Positions 47,482 through 57,246 are shown, counted from the first letter of the stretch. The stretch: 64,000 nucleotides of DNA from an uncultured Methanosarcinales archaeon (GCA_964438385.1 CAYTKI010000010.1:71530-135529); one strand, 5' to 3'. Notes: a model not told the origin generated them from the sequence alone. Made by a program: numbers and translations.

Positions 47482-48423
47482 ATGATGGACATCTTTTACT
47501 TTGACAAGAAGCTGATGCGGGCTACTCAAGAGCAGCTGCCCAAGTTGAAGAATAAGCGTGTATGGGTTGATGTCACCAATATCACCAAGCAGGAAGCTGA
47601 GATCCTAAGAGATGCCTTCAACCTGCACCCCCTGACAGCAGAAGACCTCCTCAATTCGAATACAAGAATCAAAGTGGAGGAATTTAAAAATTATGTGTTT
47701 TCCATCTTCTATGGCGTCCAGCAGAAAAAGGGTATAGAACTCATCGAGTTGGATTATGTCATCGGCAAGAATTTCCTCATCAGTTCGCGAAATGCAGGTA
47801 TCTCATCGTATGCAGAGCTGAAGAATAATAGGGAGAAGCTAGAGGCGCTCTTTCGGAAAGGAGTTGATTTCATCTTCCATCGGCTTCTTGACGGAGAGCA
47901 GGACAGCTATTTCCCCGTGCTCGAGCACATTGACGATGAGATCGATTTCCTCGAAGGGAAGCTCTCCTCAAGCCCTCAAAGCGAAGTTCTCACAAGGATT
48001 CTGGATATGAAGCATTCCATCTCGCTCCTCAGAAAAACCACGCTCCAGCAGACGGAGAAGCTCTCATTTCTCGTTAAGAATGACTATGCGTTCATCTCAA
48101 AGGCGGCGCTTCCGTATTTCCGCGACATCTACGACCATTCGATACGCGTCTCAGACTTAATCGACAATTACCGCGAGGCGATAATCAACACATTTGAGTT
48201 CTACATGTCCACGGTCTCGAAAAACATGAACGAGGCAATCAAGGTGCTCAGCGCAATCGCTACCATCGCGCTGCCATTGACAGTGATCTCGAGCATATAT
48301 GGCACGAATTTTGCAAATCTTCCTGGCAGGGATTTCCACTACGGGTTTTGGGTGATGGTGGGTTTCATGGTCATTCTAAGTAGCAGCATGATTTTCTTTT
48401 TGCGAAGGCGCGGCTGGGCGTAG
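47482..48423 (+). CDS. corA: CorA-family divalent cation transporter (signature GTN instead of GMN)
   Basis: CorA cytoplasmic domain plus two C-terminal transmembrane helices. Loop motif IYGTNFANLPG in place of YGMNF. Confidence 0.8.
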   Translation: MMDIFYFDKKLMRATQEQLPKLKNKRVWVDVTNITKQEAEILRDAFNLHPLTAEDLLNSNTRIKVEEFKNYVFSIFYGVQQKKGIELIELDYVIGKNFLISSRNAGISSYAELKNNREKLEALFRKGVDFIFHRLLDGEQDSYFPVLEHIDDEIDFLEGKLSSSPQSEVLTRILDMKHSISLLRKTTLQQTEKLSFLVKNDYAFISKAALPYFRDIYDHSIRVSDLIDNYREAIINTFEFYMSTVSKNMNEAIKVLSAIATIALPLTVISSIYGTNFANLPGRDFHYGFWVMVGFMVILSSSMIFFLRRRGWA

Positions 48424-48503
48424 AGTAGTGCTATGCAGAATAAATTAAATAATTATCAGCCGGCTTTATCAGAACTCCTTTAATTTCAGGAAAATTTTCG
48501 CTA

Positions 48504-48980
48504 TTACATCTTTTTGACTTCCTTTCCGCTCCCCAGTTCCCTAGCCAATTGCGCGATGGTCTTTCCAAGCACAGGATGCCTCGCCCTTGGCGCAATTTCA
48601 GAGAAAGGCACCAGCACAAACGCCCTCTTGTGGAAGCGCGGGTGGGGGATTGTTATCGCATTTGATTTTATTTTTCTGCCGTTATAGAGAAGAATGTCAA
48701 TATCAATTCTCCTTGGCCCATTCTTCCTCACAGCTTTTTTTCCCAGTGTTTTTTCAATGGACTTAATGCCCTCTAGCATTGATTCCGGGGCCAAACGGGT
48801 ATGTGCCTTAATTACGCAATTCACAAACCACCGCTGCCCAAGAAACCCGACTGGCTCTGTCTCGTAGAAAGAAGAAATTTTCTCAATGGCGCACTGTCTT
48901 TTGAGAAGTGAGATCGCTTTGCGGATGTTGTACTGCCTCTCTCCGAGATTTGACCCGAGCCCAAGATAGACTTCAGCCAT
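48504..48980 (-). CDS. folK: 6-hydroxymethyl-7,8-dihydropterin pyrophosphokinase (HPPK)
   Basis: VYLGLGSNLG ... ETEPVG ... RRIDIDILLY motifs. Confidence 0.8.
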   Translation of the reverse strand: MAEVYLGLGSNLGERQYNIRKAISLLKRQCAIEKISSFYETEPVGFLGQRWFVNCVIKAHTRLAPESMLEGIKSIEKTLGKKAVRKNGPRRIDIDILLYNGRKIKSNAITIPHPRFHKRAFVLVPFSEIAPRARHPVLGKTIAQLARELGSGKEVKKM

Positions 48981-49332
48981 GGCGGTTTCTCCTGACCTCA
49001 ATTGCCCCATACGCTGCCCTGCCTTTCAGCGCCTGTGGCTTTTTCACGCAGATAGTGATTTCCTCCGCGCCATGGCTGCGCATGATGTGCCCTGCAAGCT
49101 CCTCTGCCAATGTCTCAAGCAGCACCCATTCCCTGCCTTCCGCAATTTTCCTGATCTCATCGCATACACAAACATAGTCAACGGTATCCAAAAGATTGCC
49201 GCTCTTTGCGGCGATCCTTGCATCAATGCTCATCCTGCAATCAACCAGGATGGGTTGCTTCTTACTGCGCTCTTTTTTGGAAACCCCGATGCGTAAGCGA
49301 AATGATGCCTCTTTGATGATAAGGTAATCCAT
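48973..49332 (-). CDS. folB: dihydroneopterin aldolase
   Basis: About 120 aa with FolB-like IEVRRN and a conserved Lys region. Overlaps both folK and folP. Confidence 0.65.
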   Translation of the reverse strand: MDYLIIKEASFRLRIGVSKKERSKKQPILVDCRMSIDARIAAKSGNLLDTVDYVCVCDEIRKIAEGREWVLLETLAEELAGHIMRSHGAEEITICVKKPQALKGRAAYGAIEVRRNRHG

Positions 49333-49333
49333 C

Positions 49334-50149
49334 TCATGCCCTTCGGACAGCGTCCGCGATGAGAGCCGCCCTCTTTGCTTGCCTGACATCATGCACCCGC
49401 ACGATGTTCGCTCCGTTCAGAATGGAAATGGCGACGGCTGCAAGAGTGCCCTCAAGGCGCTCCTCTGCCGGTAAACCGGTAATGCTTCCGATAAAGGATT
49501 TTCTCGATGGGCCGATTAATAAAGGATGGCCTAATTCAGTGAATTCCTGGAGGCGCTTGATAAGCGCAAGGTTTTGATTAGTTGTCTTCCCAAACCCAAT
49601 GCCGGGATCAAGGATGAACTGCCTAACTCCCTTGCCCTGCGCATGCGTTATTTGCTTCTTGAAAAAGGCCTTGATGTCTCCCACTACATCTCCGTATTGG
49701 GGATTGGACTGCATGGTCTTGGGCGTTCCCTGCATGTGCATAAGGACAACTGGCACATTATGCTTTGCTGCAGCAGCAATCATATCCTCATTTTGTAGGC
49801 CGGTAATATTATTGAGAATGCTCGCTCCTGCGCTCAGGCAGGCATCAGCCACTGCTGGATTCATGGTGTCGATGGAGAGAGGGATCTTTATTTTGCCCGC
49901 AAGGAGCTTGATGACGGGCAGTACCCGGCGCAATTCTTCCTCTTCAGTTACCGCATCAGAGCCAGGCCTTGTGCTCTCCCCCCCGATATCAATGATGTCT
50001 GCGCCTTCCTCGGCCATGCGTAGCGCATGCTGCGCTGCGATGGTAGAATCGAAGAATTTGCCGCCATCCGAGAAAGAGTCCGGCGTCACATTCAGGACGC
50101 CCATGATGAGGGTGCGATCAAAGGAAAGGTTGTGCGATTTCCATCTCAT
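49334..50149 (-). CDS. folP: dihydropteroate synthase
   Basis: GVLNVTPDSFSDGG, DIGGESTRPG and a pterin-binding barrel. The start is ambiguous: ORF-track M at 50188, alternatives M6 and M14; the M14 start (MRWKS) is used here. Confidence 0.85.
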   Translation of the reverse strand: MRWKSHNLSFDRTLIMGVLNVTPDSFSDGGKFFDSTIAAQHALRMAEEGADIIDIGGESTRPGSDAVTEEEELRRVLPVIKLLAGKIKIPLSIDTMNPAVADACLSAGASILNNITGLQNEDMIAAAAKHNVPVVLMHMQGTPKTMQSNPQYGDVVGDIKAFFKKQITHAQGKGVRQFILDPGIGFGKTTNQNLALIKRLQEFTELGHPLLIGPSRKSFIGSITGLPAEERLEGTLAAVAISILNGANIVRVHDVRQAKRAALIADAVRRA

Positions 50150-50243
50150 CGGCTGAAGCGTCTCTCTTTTCATCTCGCATGGCTCCAATCCATTGGCTTA
50201 TGCATGGTTGCAAAATCACATGAAAATTTCGATTGAAAATAAA

Positions 50244-50344
50244 CGCCGTGGCCCAGATTTGAACTGGGAAATCCTTTCGGAAATAAGCTGTATGGTGTTA
50301 TTCCCGTTCCAGGCTTACGCAGTACCAGGTTGTGCCACCACGGC
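50244..50344 (-). tRNA. tRNA-Ser (anticodon GGA) with a 17-nt canonical intron (50290-50306)
   Basis: Manual fold. Acceptor GCCGTGG/CCACGGC with discriminator G. T-arm CCCAG-TTCAAAT-CTGGG. Anticodon stem TAAGC/GCTTA. Loop CTGGAA | intron CGGGAATAACACCATAC | A. 15-nt variable arm (class II). No encoded CCA. Confidence 0.7.
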
Positions 50345-50746
50345 ATTGGGACTTTGAGTTGGTATTTTGTTTATAAAGATTGCCACCTAGAATTGGCCAG
50401 CCTTCATCCTATTTTCCCTTTGTTCGCGCTTTGCGCCCATAAATAAAGTCCGTATGCAGCGCCGATTTTCATTATTTCAAAACCATTGCGCCCATTGGGA
50501 GGGCGCCAAGAATTCGTCGAAGGCATGATATGCCCGAAAACAGAGAAATATAGTTTAACTACTGAAAATCCTTGAGCATGCTCTCATACTGGTCCCGGTA
50601 CATGTCATAGTGATCATCACACACGACGCGGCCCTGCCAGCTCTTTGTTGCAGGAGACTTGCATCCCGGCTCTTTGCATTCTGCCATAGTGGACTCAAAT
50701 AAAAGGATTTTATAAAAATGTTTTGGTGAAAAAGAATAAAATCAGC

Positions 50747-51055
50747 TTACTCCTTCATCTCAATCTCGATATTGAGCCCCTCGGGAATGGGAACCCTCAT
50801 GACAAGCCGCAAAGCCCGCTCATCCAATCCCAAATCAATCACCCGCTTATGCACACGCATCTCGTAGCGCTCCCAGGTTGCGGTGCCCTCGCCGTCAGGC
50901 GATTTTCTTGTGGTCACGCGCAGCTTCTTGGTTGGAAGGGGTATTGGCCCCCTCATCACCACGCCAGTTTTTTCTGCTATCTCCTTGATGGAGGTGCATA
51001 CTTCATTGACCTTTCTGATGTCAATGCTTGCCAGCTTTATGCGCGCTTTTTGCAT
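50747..51055 (-). CDS. rps10: ribosomal protein S10
   Basis: 102 aa with archaeal S10 signature regions (IRKVNEVC...GPIPLPTK). Sits immediately downstream of tuf, as in archaeal str-like operons. Confidence 0.9.
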   Translation of the reverse strand: MQKARIKLASIDIRKVNEVCTSIKEIAEKTGVVMRGPIPLPTKKLRVTTRKSPDGEGTATWERYEMRVHKRVIDLGLDERALRLVMRVPIPEGLNIEIEMKE

Positions 51056-51119
51056 GGTGGTTGTGCCGCACGATAATCATCGGGGTTATCGTGCAAAATG
51101 GATTGAAACGAAAAAGGGA

Positions 51120-52406
51120 TTATACCTTCTTCACAAGATCAATGCACATGCCCGCGGCGACGGTCTGGCCGGAATCGCGGATGGCGAATCTGGCGAGCTG
51201 CGGGATGTCCTTTTGCCTCTCGATGACTAGCGGTTGGATTGGCTTGATTCTTACGATTGCCGCGTCTCCATTCTTGATGAAGTCTGGCTTCTCTTCCTTG
51301 GTCTGTCCGGTTGCCGGGTCAAGCTTTTTGACAATCTCCTCAATCCTGCAGGCGACCTGCGCGGTGTGGATGTGGAACACTGGGGTGTAGCCGACGGTAA
51401 TAACGCTTGGGTGGTTGAGAACGACTAACTGCGCGGTGAATTCAGTTGCGACAGTTGGAGCACTGCCCGGATGGCCAAGGACATCTCCTCTCTGGATGTC
51501 GTTTTTTGCAAGGCCGCGCACGTTGAAGCCCACGTTGTCCCCCGGTTCTGCCTCAGTTAGCTGCTCATGGTGCATCTCAATGGTCTTGACCTCTCCAAGC
51601 ACTCCCTTGCCTTCTCTTCCGGGAACGATGATGATTTTGTCATTGACCTTCATGATGCCAGTCTCCACCCTGCCCACTGGGACGACGCCGATTCCAGTGA
51701 TGTTATAGACATCCTGGATAGGGAGCCTTAGGGGAAGAGTGGTTGGCTTATTTGGCAGCTGGAAATCATCAAGAGTTAAGAGAAGAGTCTTTCCCGTGTA
51801 CCAAGGAAGATGCTCAGACTTCTTCACCACATTCTCCCCAAGAAGGGAAGCCAAAGGAATGAAGGGAATCTGTTCCGGCTTGTAGCCAACTGACTTGACG
51901 AGTCCCATGAGCCGAGTCTTCACTTCCTCGAACTTCTTTTGGTCGTACTTGATAGCATCCATCTTGTTAATGGCGACAATTAGCTGGGATACGCCAAGGG
52001 TTTTCGCAAGGAAGACGTGCTCCCTTGTCTGTGGCATGATCTCAGTGTCGGTAGATGCGACAACAAGGACGCCTGCATCTGCCTGCGATGCGCCGGTAAT
52101 CATATTCTTGATGAAATCCTTGTGGCCTGGCGCGTCAATAATGGTGAATGAATACTTCGGAGTGTCGAATTTCTTGTGGGCAAGATCGATAGTGACGCCG
52201 CGCTCCCTCTCTTCCTTGAGATTGTCCATGACGAAAGCGAACTCAAAGCCGCCCTTGCCGAGCTCCTCTGCCTTTTCCTTGAGCTTGCGCATGGCCTGCT
52301 CGTCGATATTGCCGCTGTCATACAGGAGCCGTCCGACTGTAGTTGACTTGCCTGCGTCAACGTGGCCGATGAATACAAGATTCAGATGTGGTTTTCCTTT
52401 TGCCAT
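51120..52406 (-). CDS. tuf: translation elongation factor 1-alpha
   Basis: [14 protein letters not shown] and NKMD G-motifs. 428 aa, archaeal aEF-1alpha type. Confidence 0.95.
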   Translation of the reverse strand: MAKGKPHLNLVFIGHVDAGKSTTVGRLLYDSGNIDEQAMRKLKEKAEELGKGGFEFAFVMDNLKEERERGVTIDLAHKKFDTPKYSFTIIDAPGHKDFIKNMITGASQADAGVLVVASTDTEIMPQTREHVFLAKTLGVSQLIVAINKMDAIKYDQKKFEEVKTRLMGLVKSVGYKPEQIPFIPLASLLGENVVKKSEHLPWYTGKTLLLTLDDFQLPNKPTTLPLRLPIQDVYNITGIGVVPVGRVETGIMKVNDKIIIVPGREGKGVLGEVKTIEMHHEQLTEAEPGDNVGFNVRGLAKNDIQRGDVLGHPGSAPTVATEFTAQLVVLNHPSVITVGYTPVFHIHTAQVACRIEEIVKKLDPATGQTKEEKPDFIKNGDAAIVRIKPIQPLVIERQKDIPQLARFAIRDSGQTVAAGMCIDLVKKV

Positions 52407-52485
52407 AGCTATTCCTCCAATGATTTTTTTTGACTGTAAACGAACTGACCCTCTCTTTTTTGGGAGAGGGTGGGCGTTTATAAAG

Positions 52486-52501
52486 GTTATGGTTTGAGGT
52501 G
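52486..52501 (-). promoter_or_regulatory. tuf promoter: BRE/TATA (sense ACCATAACCTTTATAAA)
   Basis: An identical 13-mer TAAAGGTTATGGT (plus strand) lies upstream of rpl7ae at 56372-56384. A near-identical copy lies upstream of the TFIIB-ZR ORF at 57414-57426. Confidence 0.45.
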
Positions 52502-52593
52502 TCGTCTATAAACGATGGGTTGGATGCGCCATTTTTGAGGGGCAATGGGGGTCAAATGATTTTATCTTAAAAAAATAATAGAAAAAATTAACC

Positions 52594-54786
52594 CTACACC
52601 CCAACCATCGCGTCAGTGAGCCCTTTGCGCTTCTTGATCTCATCAATGACCTTGAGCTGGATTTCTCCGGGGATGCGCTCAAAACTTTGGTCGACTAGCG
52701 AAGAGATACCTCTTCCCTCTGTTGCCGAGCGCAGATCAGATGACCAACCAAGCATGCTCATGACTGGAAGTTTCCCTTTGATGGCAACCTGAGAGCCCTC
52801 TTGGTTCATGTCCAGAAGCTGGCCGCGCATGCTCGAGACAAGTTTAGTGACTTCGCCCATATATTCGATCGGCGCCTCAATGAGCGTGACCTGCATGGGC
52901 TCAAGCATGATAGGATTTGCAGTCATCATCGCGCCCCTGATGCCTTCACGAATCGCAGGATAGACCTGGGCAGGACCGCGGTGGATGGCATCCTCATGCA
53001 AAGTCATGTCAGTCATGTTCACTTTCACATTGACGCAGGGCTCGCGTGACAGGGGGCCTTTTCGCATAACTTCCTCAAACATGTCAAGAATCATTTCCAT
53101 GACTTCCTGCGCATAGACCTGTCCTCTTGTCTTATCGCAGAAAATATTGCCGTTGTAGACGTCTTTTACCTGCTCTCCCTCTTTGGAGTCCATTCCTGTC
53201 TCCACAAAAGCGTCGCGGAGCTCAAGATTCTTTTTCTTGATGCGGCCTTGTGGAATCCTTCCGTCCTTGATCAACTGCGAGATATGCGGGTTGAGCGGCT
53301 CAACGGTGAAGTAGAACTTGTTGTGCTTATTTGGCGTCTTACCCTCTACTTCCTGCGATGGCTTGGTCAGGGATTCCCGAAATACGACAATGGGGGGAGA
53401 AGTTATCACTTCAACATTTTTTTCAGTGACAATGCGGTTCTCAATAATTTCCAAATGAAGCTCCCCCATTCCTGACATGAGGTTTTCTCCGGTCTCCTCG
53501 TTGATCTCAATCTTAATCGAGGGATCCTCCCTGCTCACTTTTCGCAAAACCTCGACCAGCTTTGGAAGGTCCTGCATCTTTTTAGGGGAAATCGCCTTGG
53601 TAATGACCGGCTCAAAGATGTGCTTGAGCTCTTCAAAGGCCTGCTCTGGTTCCAGGGTGACAGTTTCGCCTGCGTTTCCGATGACACCTGAGATTGCGCA
53701 GACATTTCCTGCAGGAATATAATCTATTAGCTCCGGCTTCACGCCGTTGTAGATGTAGAGGTTCTGGATGCGCTGCTTCTGGTTTGCGTTATTGAGAAAG
53801 ACCTCAGTTCCCGGGCGCAGAGTTCCTGAGAACAGCCGCCCTGCGGAGATGTCCTTTCCTGACTTGGGATCAATCACGATGCGCGTGATGACAAACGCCA
53901 CCTTTCCGTTGGGATCGCAGGTGATGAGGTTTTTCCCAAGCTCGCTTTCCTTGTCGCCATGCCAAATTTTTGGGATGCGGTACTTCTGCGCTTCAATGGG
54001 ATTTGGGAGGTGCTTGATGACTATATCAAGGATAACTTCGTGCAATGGAGCGTTTTCCCATACCCATGCCTTGCGCTCCTCTTCCTCCATCTCGTAGATT
54101 CGAAGAATGTCCTTGAAGCCCACATTCTTCTTCTGCATGAAGGCAAAGGAAAGCGCCCAATTCTCCCTTGCAGAGCCAAAGGCGACTGAGCCGTCCTGGA
54201 TGCTAACTTTCCACGCCTGCTTGAATTGCGGCTCTGCAATATCCTCAACCAGCCGGTTGAAGCCAGCAATCAGCTTGATGAAGCGCTCCTGGATTTTCTC
54301 CGGCGGCAGTTTCAATTCCTTTACCAGGCGATCAACCTTGTTGATGAAAAGCACCGGTTTCACTCTCTCCCGCAATGCCTGCTTGACTACAGTCTCAGTT
54401 TGCGGCATTATGCCTTCCACTGCGCAGATGAGGACAACAGTTCCATCAATCGCCCTCATGGCCCGCGTCACGTTTCCGCCGAAATCAACGTGCCCTGGCG
54501 TGTCAATGAGGTTGATGAGATACTCTTTTCCCCCAAAGTCATGGACCATCGAGACGTTTGCAGCATCCACCGTCATAAGACGCTCCTGCTCGTCCTTATG
54601 CTGCCAGGTCGTCATGCCTTCTTCAAGATCGCCCGCATTCTTCGATGCCATATGGCCCGAAGCCGCAAGAAGATTGTCCGTGAAAGCAGTTTTTCCGTGG
54701 TGGATATGCGCGGAAGTGCAGATATTTCTGATATATTCCGGATTCTTGGTAATCCGCATCACCTTATCGACCATTCTCTCTGCCAT
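52594..54786 (-). CDS. fusA: translation elongation factor 2
   Basis: AHIHHGKT, DTPGH and NKVD G-motifs. 730 aa, aEF-2 type domain architecture. Confidence 0.95.
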   Translation of the reverse strand: MAERMVDKVMRITKNPEYIRNICTSAHIHHGKTAFTDNLLAASGHMASKNAGDLEEGMTTWQHKDEQERLMTVDAANVSMVHDFGGKEYLINLIDTPGHVDFGGNVTRAMRAIDGTVVLICAVEGIMPQTETVVKQALRERVKPVLFINKVDRLVKELKLPPEKIQERFIKLIAGFNRLVEDIAEPQFKQAWKVSIQDGSVAFGSARENWALSFAFMQKKNVGFKDILRIYEMEEEERKAWVWENAPLHEVILDIVIKHLPNPIEAQKYRIPKIWHGDKESELGKNLITCDPNGKVAFVITRIVIDPKSGKDISAGRLFSGTLRPGTEVFLNNANQKQRIQNLYIYNGVKPELIDYIPAGNVCAISGVIGNAGETVTLEPEQAFEELKHIFEPVITKAISPKKMQDLPKLVEVLRKVSREDPSIKIEINEETGENLMSGMGELHLEIIENRIVTEKNVEVITSPPIVVFRESLTKPSQEVEGKTPNKHNKFYFTVEPLNPHISQLIKDGRIPQGRIKKKNLELRDAFVETGMDSKEGEQVKDVYNGNIFCDKTRGQVYAQEVMEMILDMFEEVMRKGPLSREPCVNVKVNMTDMTLHEDAIHRGPAQVYPAIREGIRGAMMTANPIMLEPMQVTLIEAPIEYMGEVTKLVSSMRGQLLDMNQEGSQVAIKGKLPVMSMLGWSSDLRSATEGRGISSLVDQSFERIPGEIQLKVIDEIKKRKGLTDAMVGV

Positions 54787-54858
54787 GCAATTGCCTCATT
54801 TATTTGGTGATACTATTTTACTGCATTCTTTTGATTATTTTTTGGAAAGTTATCATTC

Positions 54859-54965
54859 CCCGCTACGCGGGCTATAGTTTGGCGCGCCCCATTGATTGGG
54901 CGCGCAATCATTGCGCCGCGCGTTAGCATTGGCGCGGCGCCTAACAAGAGCCGCCGAAGGCGGTT
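54859..54965. repeat. cluster of four GC-rich hairpins between ndk and fusA
   Basis: CCCGC-TAC-GCGGG, GCGCGCCC-CATTGATT-GGGCGCGC, GCGCCGCGC..GCGCGGCGC and CCGCC-GAAG-GCGG. A related element, GCGCCC-ATTGGGA-GGGCGC, occurs at 50488-50506. Confidence 0.6.
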
Positions 54966-55003
54966 ATTAGGTAACTGAACGTAATTGGAGTGAAAATACT
55001 AAT

Positions 55004-55483
55004 TTAGAACACATGCTGCTCATGCACGGTCTTGTAGGAATGGAGTTCTTTATCGGTGAACCAGAGTTTTATCTCCTCTTTTGCCTCAGGAAGCGAGGCG
55101 GATGCGTGGATGATGTTCTTTCCTCCTGAGCCGGTCTGGGAGGCGTATTTCATGGACAGGTGCGCGAAATCCCCTCGGATGGTTCCGGGTGCGGCATCGC
55201 TTGGTGAGGTTGGGCCGACGAGCTTTCTTGCGTTCTCAACTGCATGGACGCCTTCAATCACAAAAGCGACGACCGGCCCACCGCTTAGGAACTTGACCAA
55301 ATCTTTGAAGAATAGCTTCTCGGCATGCGCCTTGTAGTGCTTCTGTGCAAAACCCTTTGGGACCCACGCCATCTTAAGCCCGATGATCTTAAGTCCGGTC
55401 TGCTCAAACCTCTTCAGGATCTCCCCTGTCAGTGCGCGGGTTACTCCGTCCGGCTTGATGACAACTAAACTGCGCTCAATCAT
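55004..55483 (-). CDS. ndk: nucleoside diphosphate kinase
   Basis: NIIHASAS active-site His and GTIRGDF motifs. Confidence 0.9.
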   Translation of the reverse strand: MIERSLVVIKPDGVTRALTGEILKRFEQTGLKIIGLKMAWVPKGFAQKHYKAHAEKLFFKDLVKFLSGGPVVAFVIEGVHAVENARKLVGPTSPSDAAPGTIRGDFAHLSMKYASQTGSGGKNIIHASASLPEAKEEIKLWFTDKELHSYKTVHEQHVF

Positions 55484-55492
55484 GCCACTCCC

Positions 55493-55687
55493 CTACTCCT
55501 CGCGTTTCTCCTGTTTTTCCTTCTTGTATTTTGATGACCATCTGGTCTCCAGGAACTTCCTGTTGAGCTTCAGTGTATTTTTCTCGCATTTCATGGAGCA
55601 AAAATACATGATCTTGCCATCCTTTTTGACATACATCTTTCCCGTGCCGCGCTCAAGGGAATTTCCGCAGAAGCTGCACTTTGCCAT
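55493..55687 (-). CDS. rpl24e: ribosomal protein L24e
   Basis: [31 protein letters not shown] zinc-ribbon motif. Confidence 0.85.
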   Translation of the reverse strand: MAKCSFCGNSLERGTGKMYVKKDGKIMYFCSMKCEKNTLKLNRKFLETRWSSKYKKEKQEKREE

Positions 55688-55999
55688 CTAATTCATTCCT
55701 CTTCCTGCCTTCTGTAGCTGGCGCGCCTCAAATTCCGTCTCGCGGAGCATGAGCACATCTCCCAATTGGATAGGGCCCTTGACATTCCTTCTCAGGATTT
55801 TGCCCTTGTCCCTTCCATCAAGAATCCTGCAGCGCACCTGGGTGGCCTCTCCCCTCGAGCCGGTCCTTCCGACTACTTCTTCGACCTTAGCCGGAAAGGA
55901 TGGCGTGAATTGGACTGTGCCTTTTGCGCCTTCCTGCTCCGGGGCCCTCTGCGGCCTGCGCTGTGTTGGCCTTGCTTGCTGTTGGGGTGGCTCTGCCAT
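55688..55999 (-). CDS. rps28e: ribosomal protein S28e with a ~35-aa Pro/Gln/Arg-rich N-terminal extension
   Basis: Core [52 protein letters not shown] matches S28e. Confidence 0.85.
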   Translation of the reverse strand: MAEPPQQQARPTQRRPQRAPEQEGAKGTVQFTPSFPAKVEEVVGRTGSRGEATQVRCRILDGRDKGKILRRNVKGPIQLGDVLMLRETEFEARQLQKAGRGMN

Positions 56000-56000
56000 G

Positions 56001-56339
56001 TTACTTGGATATGATATCTTTTATCAGATTCTTCGCTTCGCCTTCAACGACGATTGCGACGGAAGCGGTTGGCCGATTGATTCCTGCCGCAGTTCCCAGT
56101 TCTTCTTTTGAGGGAACGGAAATGCAAATAACGCCTTTCTCTTCCGCAAGAAGCGGGATATGCATGACAACCTCCGCAGGTGTAGTGTCCTTTGCAATTG
56201 CGACAAGCTTTGCCTGCCCCTTGGCGATCGCCTTGGTGGCCTCATTCGCCCCTTTCCTTATTTTTCCCGTGGCCCGCGCCACTTCTATTGCCTCGTAGAC
56301 CTTATCCGCGAGCTCTTTTGATGCTTCGATTGCAGCCAT
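56001..56339 (-). CDS. rpl7ae: ribosomal protein L7Ae (kink-turn binding)
   Basis: [23 protein letters not shown] ... [10 protein letters not shown] motif. SD AAGGAGGA sits 7 nt upstream. Confidence 0.9.
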   Translation of the reverse strand: MAAIEASKELADKVYEAIEVARATGKIRKGANEATKAIAKGQAKLVAIAKDTTPAEVVMHIPLLAEEKGVICISVPSKEELGTAAGINRPTASVAIVVEGEAKNLIKDIISK

Positions 56340-56434
56340 TGTAGTCCTCCTTGATGATGTAAGGGATATTTTTAAAGGTTATGGTAGAAATTGCCATACC
56401 TCCCTCGGGGATTTCCCCTCATTGGTCATTGGTT

Positions 56435-57169
56435 CTATGCTGTGGGGGAGGCGGTTATTTTATAAGGGTTGCGGTGATGATTTAATCTCAATTGAGAATC
56501 ATCGCTTCTCAGGCTATTGGAATGGTCCACCATCGTAATGACATGGGTGTATAGGTATAACATCCCCCCTGCTCTTCTTAGGTTCCCTCTCAACTTCTCC
56601 ATGCGCTTAACCACTCCCTTATCGACTAGCCGAGGTGTCGTATCCAAGCATTGGCAGAGCGATTGGTATGCTATTTGGAGATTGGTTTCAGCGTCTCTCC
56701 TGAGCCCATACGACGCATAGAGATCAAATAAGTTCAAGCGCACGAGAATGAGGCTATACATTGCTTCTTCATGTGTAGTGAAAAGGGTTTCTTCCTCATC
56801 TGTCGCGATGCCTTTACGTATTCTACCCATCATTCTTTGGTCAATACATTGCCTTATTTTGCTTATTGACTTAACCAGCATAGCTTTTGATTCATAGAGC
56901 GTTGTTTCAATGCCCACTTCATCCATGGGAGTCTGTCCAACTGCAATTTCTCTAAGCAGACTGCCATAATGATATAGAAATACGGCTTGGCTGCCTTGAT
57001 AGGGGAGAAATTCCTTTCCCGCTTTCCTGGCACGCTCAAAAAACTCTAACCGATCCGAAGGTGATGTTGCGTTGAGTGCTCGCTGAAAATTAAAGGACAT
57101 TTCACTTGATAGGATCTGCAACCTTGTTTCCAGGGATATCGGGCCTTCCAGAGTTTGCGGATCAGTCAT
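56435..57169 (-). CDS. hypothetical alpha-helical protein
   Basis: 244-aa ORF with no recognisable motif. Confidence 0.4.
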   Translation of the reverse strand: MTDPQTLEGPISLETRLQILSSEMSFNFQRALNATSPSDRLEFFERARKAGKEFLPYQGSQAVFLYHYGSLLREIAVGQTPMDEVGIETTLYESKAMLVKSISKIRQCIDQRMMGRIRKGIATDEEETLFTTHEEAMYSLILVRLNLFDLYASYGLRRDAETNLQIAYQSLCQCLDTTPRLVDKGVVKRMEKLRGNLRRAGGMLYLYTHVITMVDHSNSLRSDDSQLRLNHHRNPYKITASPTA

Positions 57170-57246
57170 TTTTTTCCCAATAGGTTTGTTTTTCCCACCT
57201 CATTTTTTCTGTAAGTTTGCCCACCATGTATGGCTGATTTATGCCT

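Noticed and set aside
52449-52480. Palindrome between fusA and tuf considered as the fusA terminator.
   Set aside because: The T-run is on the plus strand (A-run on the gene's sense strand), so it cannot act as an oligo-T terminator for the minus-strand fusA transcript. It was reinterpreted as a tuf promoter-proximal element.
56460-56500. C/D-box-like GUGAUGA plus an inverted repeat GATGATT...AATCATC near 56470, considered as a C/D box sRNA.
   Set aside because: It lies inside the 3-prime end of ORF 56435..57169 and no matching D box (CUGA) with correct spacing was found by eye. Not supportable without a dedicated search.
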